Positions 44,838 to 50,005 of a stretch of 50,005 bases of DNA are shown here, in pieces. Source of the stretch: an uncultured Treponemataceae bacterium (lineage in GTDB: Bacteria; Spirochaetota; Spirochaetia; Treponematales; UBA12059). Under the pieces are notes generated by a model. The model was not told the DNA's origin. It did no database searches and was given only the letters and a program-made list of their open reading frames with translations. A program made the position numbers and the translations under genes. Position 1 is the first letter of the stretch, and each line of letters starts with the position of its first letter. The stretch is from contig CAZNNA010000001.1 in the NCBI GenBank assembly GCA_964573825.1, positions 1-50,005 of the forward strand, written 5' to 3'.

Positions 44838-45091
44838 TTGCGGAGCTCTCGCTTAGCTATCGCCGCCTCGGCCTCCAGGCGCTCCGCGACTGACCAGGCC
44901 TTTTCAAGATCATCCGATGGAGTCCCCATGCGATAGGAAACAGGTCTCCATTGGGCGCGACCGACCGCTACCCGCCCCAGGCCTCGTTCAAGAGCACGAT
45001 TGACCTCTTCCTTCAGGGTCGTAGCGTCCCGAGCCGCGCGTTCTTGAAGATCGCGCATCAATATGTCTGAAATATCGATGGTGGTACGCAT
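44834..45091 (-). CDS. vapB: type II antitoxin (VapB-like)
   Basis: 85 aa starting MRTTIDISDILMRDLQERA, typical of VapB-type antitoxins. Translationally coupled to vapC. Confidence 0.75.
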   Translation of the reverse strand: MRTTIDISDILMRDLQERAARDATTLKEEVNRALERGLGRVAVGRAQWRPVSYRMGTPSDDLEKAWSVAERLEAEAAIAKRELRK

Positions 45092-45305
45092 ATACTCATA
45101 TTACTTCGGCGACCGAAGCCGGGTCAAGGGTTAACTCCAGAATGCCGCTGGATGTACCGCGTCTTGTTTAGATTTCCAGGCCCCTTAGCCAGTCCATCGC
45201 CTTACGCACGACGAGCCCGTCGTGATCAGTATCTAATGAAAGATCGGCTACGAGCTGTATGCCCGGGTAGGCGTAGCGTTCATCCTTGGTTCTCGAGAAA
45301 AATAC

Positions 45306-45403
45306 TATACCTGAAAGGGTATAAGTGCTATTGCGATTCTGTTAGTATACCCGAAATGATATAAAACACATTATAAACTTGTGATTATACCCGAAATGGT
45401 ATA
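45306..45403. promoter_or_regulatory. three HipB-type operator palindromes spaced exactly 40 bp apart
   Basis: TATACCtgaaagGGTATA (45306-45323), TATACCcgaaatGATATA (45346-45363) and TATACCcgaaatGGTATA (45386-45403). The last overlaps an extended -10 element, TGgTATATT (45397-45405). Confidence 0.65.
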
Positions 45404-45413
45404 TTGTAATTGA

Positions 45414-45635
45414 ATGAAAGCGGCGATGAGTCCCTTATCAGTCCTGATCAAGCAGGAGCGAAAACGGACCGGAATGACTCAGGAGGATCTAGCCTTAAAC
45501 GCGGGCGTCGGACTTCGGTTCGTTCGGGATCTCGAGCAAGGCAAGACCACCCTGCGATTGGACAAGGTTGACCAGGTCCTGCGGCTTTTTGGCTACCGTA
45601 CGGGACCCGTACGGATGGATAACCCTAGTGCGTAG
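45414..45635 (+). CDS. hipB: XRE-family HTH protein, HipB-like
   Basis: RKRTGMTQEDLALNAGVGLRFVRDLEQGK HTH. The stop overlaps the next start. Confidence 0.85.
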   Translation: MKAAMSPLSVLIKQERKRTGMTQEDLALNAGVGLRFVRDLEQGKTTLRLDKVDQVLRLFGYRTGPVRMDNPSA

Positions 45636-45963
45636 CCTCCGGGTATACTACCAGGATAAGGACGCGGGACTGCTAGAAGAGACCGACGAAGGGTATCGCT
45701 TTACCTATAACCCTGACTGGGTGGCCGAGGGTCAGGATCCGGTTAGCCTTTCCCTGCCCGTACGTACGGAGCCGTGGGAATCTCGAACGTTATTCGCGTT
45801 CTTCGACGGGCTCATTCCGGAAGGGTGGATGTTGGAGCTGGGACTCCGTAACTGGAAGCTAGATCCCCGAGATCGCTTCGGGCTCCTGGCGGCCTTCTGC
45901 CGGGACGCGATTGGGGCGGTCGGGGTGGAGCCCCATACGAGCGAGGCGTCCGGGAATGGCTAG
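45628..45963 (+). CDS. stand-alone HipA N-terminal subdomain protein (HipS-like)
   Basis: GTG start overlaps the hipB stop. LRVYYQDKDAGLLEE...YRFTYNPDW...VSLSLPV...FFDGLIPEGW matches the HipA N-terminal (Couple_hipA) domain. Confidence 0.75.
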   Translation: MRSLRVYYQDKDAGLLEETDEGYRFTYNPDWVAEGQDPVSLSLPVRTEPWESRTLFAFFDGLIPEGWMLELGLRNWKLDPRDRFGLLAAFCRDAIGAVGVEPHTSEASGNG

Positions 45964-46897
45964 ATGCCTGGCCTGCTTCGCGCCGCTGGGTCCGAACGAC
46001 TCGGGAGAGTACCATAGGCGTTGCGCCAAGAGACTCTTCGATTCAACGACGGCGCCTAGCATAGAGCTGGACATGAAGGCCTTGACCGATGCCGGCCTGA
46101 GCCTGCTTCGACAGTCCGGGACGGTACCCGGCGTCCAGAGGAAGCTTTCCGTAGATTGGCGCCCAAGAGAAAGCCGCAGGATGACCCTACGGGCCTTAGG
46201 CGGTCGATTCATCCTGAAGCCTCAGGTTGATGAGTATCCCCAGCTACCGGAAAACGAAGCGTTCTGCATGGAGGTATCGGCAAGGCTAGGATACCCCACG
46301 GCAGTCCACGGGCTCGCGCGCCTCGCCGATGGCACGTTGGCATACCTATCCCGGCGTTTCGATCGACCGGAGGGCGGGACTAAGGTGCCCCAGGAAGATT
46401 TCTGCCAACTGAGCCAGCGCCCGGCGGCGGATAAGTATAAAGGGAGCCTTGAGGCGGCCGCGAGGGTGCTTCGGTATTCCAACCAAGCGGGGCTAGACGC
46501 GGCGCGGTTCTTGGAGCTGAACCTTCTATCCTGGCTCATGGGCAACGCCGATATGCACCTTAAGAATTTCTCATTGTTTTGCCCGTCGCCGGGGCGATGG
46601 CAACTGACGCCGGCCTATGACCTGGTATCCACGGCGCTGGTACTTCCGGAAGACAAGGAAGAGCTTGCCCTGACCCTTAACGGGAAGAAGTCGCGCCTTA
46701 CGCATGATGACTGGTTGTCGCTCGCCGATAGGCTCGGAGTCGCGCCCAAGGTGTCGGGTAACATCGTAAGGCGCTTGCTTCGAGCGTGGCCGGAGGTGGA
46801 AAGCCTCTGTCGGGCCTCGTTCCTGCCTACTGCAAAGCAAGACGAGTTCTTATCGCGCTGGGTGGATCGGATAGGGCGGCTGACGGTTTCGGGCTAG
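45956..46897 (+). CDS. HipA-family Ser/Thr kinase toxin lacking the N-terminal subdomain (HipT-like)
   Basis: Gly-rich loop PGVQRKLS, catalytic GNADMHLKNFS and Mg-binding PAYDLVST. N-terminal CLAC...YHRRC motif. The start overlaps the upstream stop. Confidence 0.85.
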   Translation: MARCLACFAPLGPNDSGEYHRRCAKRLFDSTTAPSIELDMKALTDAGLSLLRQSGTVPGVQRKLSVDWRPRESRRMTLRALGGRFILKPQVDEYPQLPENEAFCMEVSARLGYPTAVHGLARLADGTLAYLSRRFDRPEGGTKVPQEDFCQLSQRPAADKYKGSLEAAARVLRYSNQAGLDAARFLELNLLSWLMGNADMHLKNFSLFCPSPGRWQLTPAYDLVSTALVLPEDKEELALTLNGKKSRLTHDDWLSLADRLGVAPKVSGNIVRRLLRAWPEVESLCRASFLPTAKQDEFLSRWVDRIGRLTVSG

Positions 46898-46963
46898 GCC
46901 CCTCGGCTCGCGGCGCCTACGGCTTAGGCGTCCACGGTCGTACTGCCGAGGAGGCCCGCCCCG

Positions 46964-48283
46964 TCAGTTCTCCAGTATCGTTATCTCCACCCGCCGGTTG
47001 CGGGCTCGCTCGTCCTCGGTGGCGTTACCGGCGACGGGCTTGTCGGCGCCGTAGCCTATGACGGTGATGGCCTCGGCCGGCCGGGCGCCCAGGCGTATCA
47101 GGGCCTCCGCCACGGCGCGGGCCCGCTGCTCGGACAGCTGCTTGCGGGCGGCCGCGGTACCGGCGAGTGCCGTGTGGCCGCTCACGATGATGTCGCGGCC
47201 GGCTATGCCCTTGAGGACGGCGGCCACGCGCTCGACCTTGGCTAGCTCGCCCGGGAGGAGTACCGCCGAGTCGGCCTCGAACTGGATGCGGTCCAGGCTG
47301 ATGGTCACGCCCCGCTCGTCGCTCTTGACGCTGACGTCCTTGAGGCCTGAGACCGCCTCGCGGACCTCCTTCTCGAGTCCCGGCCGGTCCATGAGCTCGG
47401 CCTCCACGACCTTGGAGCCGGCTACTCCCCGGTACTCCACCGCGCGGCCGTCCGATAGGTCGAAGACGAACCTGAAGCGCTCCTCGTAGCCGGTAAGGCC
47501 GCCGCGGACGGGATCCCAGTAGAGGAGCTGGTCGGAGTAGCCGGCTATCTGCGTGGGGTAGGCGGCCGTCCAGGAGGCCGGCCGAGACGGCCTATGGAAC
47601 ACCGTGTAGGCCGCCCGGACGCGCAGGCAGGGCGTTCCCCCGAACTCGCCCGGTCCTTCGTAGGCGTAGCGGACGTCTATCGGTATGACGTAGGGCTCGG
47701 CTATGCCGAAGTCGTCGCGGAAGTCGTGCCGCTCCTCGCCCGGCGCGTTCCAGGTGTCGCCGGGCGACAGCGCCCGGGCGGGAAAGGTCGGGACGTGGCG
47801 GACGGTGGGCATGTAGAATTCGGGGCCTATCTCGTAGCGCCCGTCCGGGCGCTGCCAGTACTCGGAGCGGTAGATCTTATCGGCCACGTAGGCGAAGCCG
47901 CCCTCGTAACGGACGCTCGTGGAGAAGTCGCCTCGGAGGAGGGACGCGCCGTCCGCCCGGCCGTCGGCCACCTCGAAGGCTATGCGGTTGACGATGCGGG
48001 CGGCGTGGGAGAAGCGCCGGTTGATGTAGACGTCCTCGTCGACCGTGGAGACGACGCGGTACTTGTCGCCGGTACGGTAGGCGAAGCGGAACGTAGTCGC
48101 CGCCGTCGATGGTGCCGTGCCCGTCGTCGCCGGCACCGTCGGGGTCTGCGCCAGGGCGGGGATCGCCAGGGCGGGGATCGCCAGGGCTAGGCCCAGGGCG
48201 ACGAGCGCGGCCCGGGCGATACGGGTAGTCGAGGGCCTTCGACCCTTCGTCGTTTCGTTCGTGTACATCGCTCGCTCGCCCAT
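46964..48283 (-). CDS. OmpA-family protein (C-terminal peptidoglycan-binding OmpA/MotB domain)
   Basis: Signal peptide. C-terminal ...VSGHTALAGTAAARKQLSEQRARAVAEAL...GYGADKPVA...NRRVEITI. GGGAGG RBS. Confidence 0.85.
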   Translation of the reverse strand: MGERAMYTNETTKGRRPSTTRIARAALVALGLALAIPALAIPALAQTPTVPATTGTAPSTAATTFRFAYRTGDKYRVVSTVDEDVYINRRFSHAARIVNRIAFEVADGRADGASLLRGDFSTSVRYEGGFAYVADKIYRSEYWQRPDGRYEIGPEFYMPTVRHVPTFPARALSPGDTWNAPGEERHDFRDDFGIAEPYVIPIDVRYAYEGPGEFGGTPCLRVRAAYTVFHRPSRPASWTAAYPTQIAGYSDQLLYWDPVRGGLTGYEERFRFVFDLSDGRAVEYRGVAGSKVVEAELMDRPGLEKEVREAVSGLKDVSVKSDERGVTISLDRIQFEADSAVLLPGELAKVERVAAVLKGIAGRDIIVSGHTALAGTAAARKQLSEQRARAVAEALIRLGARPAEAITVIGYGADKPVAGNATEDERARNRRVEITILEN

Positions 48284-48394
48284 GGCCGGCCTCCCGGGGC
48301 GCGGACCGCCCCCCTATCATTGTCGGCAGGCCAGGGCCCGAGCCTGAAGCGCGGTTCCGGCCAGAGACCGAGGAGGCCATGCCGTAGCGTTGGC

Positions 48395-49810
48395 CTAGCG
48401 AGCCGGCCTGAGGCAGGACGCCGCGGTATTAATCTCCACGAAGTTGGTCGTGTCGCTCTGGCCGGGCGTGCCGCCTATGACGGCGACGAGGTCCTCAGCC
48501 TCCACGGCCCCGCGCTCCACGAGTCGCTCCAGGGAGCGCGAGACCAGTTGCTCGGTGGTGTTGGGCGCGTCCGAGCGCTCCGAGACCACGCCGTAGCTCA
48601 GGCTGAGCGATCGAACGGTGGCGGCCTGGGGGCTGAAGGCGTAGATGGGCACGTGGCTCCGGTAGCTGGAGATGAGGCGGGCTATGCGCCCGGTCTCGGT
48701 GTCGGCGATGATGGCCTTGAGTGGCAGCCTCAGGGCCGCCATGGCCACGCTCCTGGCAAGGTAGTCGCGGACGCGGTTGCGCGTGGCGTCGCCCTCGGCG
48801 GACTCGCTCCTAGGCTTCTGGCTCTCGGCCTGCGCCGCTATGCGGGCCATGGCCCGTACCGCCTCCAGGGGGTACTTACCGAAGGCCGTCTCGCCCGAGA
48901 GCATGAGGGCGTCGGTGCCGTCGAAGACGGCGTTGGCCACGTCCGATACCTCCGCCCGGGTGGGGCGCGGGTTCTCTATCATCGTGTGGAGCATCTGGGT
49001 GGCGGTGATGACGGGCTTACCCTTCTTGACGCAGGCGGCGATGATGGACTTCTGGATGCCCGGGAGGCGCTCGAAGGGTATCTCCACGCCCAGGTCTCCT
49101 CGGGCCACCATGATGCCGTCGGCGTGATCCAGGATCTCCGGCAGGTTGGTGACGCCCTGGACGTTCTCTATCTTGGCTATGATCCTGGCCCGGCTCCCGT
49201 AGCCGTCCAGGATGCGCCTGACCTCGAGCACGTCCTCCTTGTTGCGCACGAAGGAGTGGGCCACGAAGTCCACCTCGTGCTCCGCGACGAACTTGAGGTA
49301 CTCCCGGTCCTTGTCCGACAGGGCGGGGACGGCCAGGGGCACGCCGGGCACGTTGACGCTCTTCCTGTCCTTGAGGAGCCCGTCGTTCATGGCCTCGCAG
49401 AGCAGCATGCCCGGGGCGGCGTTCTTGACCGCCAGCTCTATGGCGCCGTCGTCTATCAGGATGCGAGAGCCGACCGGTACCTCGTCTATGAAGCCGGGGT
49501 AGGACACGCGGAAGCCCTTGCGTACGTCGTCGACCTTGGGGATGGTGACGGTCTCGCCCGCCTTGAGCTGCAGCGGCTCCTCGAGGCCGCGCACGCGGAC
49601 CTCCGGGCCCTTGGTATCGACGAGCACGCCCATGGTCGCCGATACGGCCCGTACGTTGGCTATGACCTTGGCGGAGCCCTCCGGGCTCTGGTGGGCGGTG
49701 TTGAGCCTGACGACGTCCATGCCGGCGTCCCGCATAGCCGTAAGGAATTCCACGCCGCAGTTGGCGTCCGAGATCGTCGCTACGATCTTAGTGAGCTTGG
49801 TGCTTGCCAT
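48395..49810 (-). CDS. pyk: pyruvate kinase
   Basis: TKIVATI...GMDVVRLNTAHQ, MVARGDLGVEIP and TQMLHTMIENPRPTRAEVSDVANAV. 471 aa. Confidence 0.95.
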   Translation of the reverse strand: MASTKLTKIVATISDANCGVEFLTAMRDAGMDVVRLNTAHQSPEGSAKVIANVRAVSATMGVLVDTKGPEVRVRGLEEPLQLKAGETVTIPKVDDVRKGFRVSYPGFIDEVPVGSRILIDDGAIELAVKNAAPGMLLCEAMNDGLLKDRKSVNVPGVPLAVPALSDKDREYLKFVAEHEVDFVAHSFVRNKEDVLEVRRILDGYGSRARIIAKIENVQGVTNLPEILDHADGIMVARGDLGVEIPFERLPGIQKSIIAACVKKGKPVITATQMLHTMIENPRPTRAEVSDVANAVFDGTDALMLSGETAFGKYPLEAVRAMARIAAQAESQKPRSESAEGDATRNRVRDYLARSVAMAALRLPLKAIIADTETGRIARLISSYRSHVPIYAFSPQAATVRSLSLSYGVVSERSDAPNTTEQLVSRSLERLVERGAVEAEDLVAVIGGTPGQSDTTNFVEINTAASCLRPAR

Positions 49811-50005
49811 GGGCTCTAGTATGGCTAATTACATTAAAAAATGGAAGGCTATTTCATATTTATAAAGGTGACTGTCAATGCCGCTTTCTTTTTGTATCGC
49901 GAAGACCATGCGGCGAATGGAAACAAATTGACGAAGGAGCCTCTAGACGAATGTCTACAGACTAGTTCCGCTATGGGCATTGACTAAAACGGGAGGGGGG
50001 GGGGG

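Noticed and set aside
45160-45290. Minus-strand reading frame ending ..VVRKAMDWLRGLEI, with protein-like composition
   Set aside because: It is bounded upstream by a stop, has no usable start codon, and is under 60 codons. At best it is a gene remnant. It is mentioned under the TA islet finding but not called as a feature.
45152-45364. 70-aa plus-strand ORF between vapB and hipB
   Set aside because: It runs straight through the operator palindromes and promoter region. It has no RBS and its sequence looks implausible.

Overview
GC-rich, densely coding 50 kb window with about 45 genes. Many neighbouring genes have overlapping stop/start codons (ATGA/GTGA type). The source is probably an anaerobic diderm bacterium: it carries OmpA, OMP-like proteins and many Cys-lipobox lipoproteins. 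A spirochaete-like origin is possible, but that is only a guess. Main blocks, in order: (1) end of a multimeric [FeFe]-hydrogenase locus (NuoF-like subunit plus HydA); (2) a TetR-controlled redox/membrane cluster; (3) the most interesting locus, a near-perfect Fur box in front of a translationally coupled nine-gene operon. That operon runs flavodoxin, DUF3793-like protein, NifH-like ATPase, two NifD/K-like subunits, a FecB/BtuF-class ABC importer with a frameshifted binding protein, and a minimal HydA-like H-domain protein. A Cys-rich DUF2325-like gene is transcribed divergently from the same Fur box. (4) A second Fur-like box between an AraC regulator and a five-transporter operon (duplicated heterodimeric ABC pair flanking a MATE pump); (5) a sensor adenylate cyclase operon with four uncharacterised envelope proteins; (6) a CadC/CadA-like metal efflux pair; (7) a lower-GC islet with vapBC and a tripartite hipB/hipS/hipT-like module; (8) OmpA-family protein and pyruvate kinase. 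The nitrogenase-like operon has no FeMo-cofactor biosynthesis context. I propose, as inference only, that it is an iron-starvation-induced reductive system acting on an imported metal chelate or tetrapyrrole. No rRNA, tRNA, CRISPR array or transposase was recognised. Most long ORFs antisense to the called genes are GC-driven shadow ORFs.
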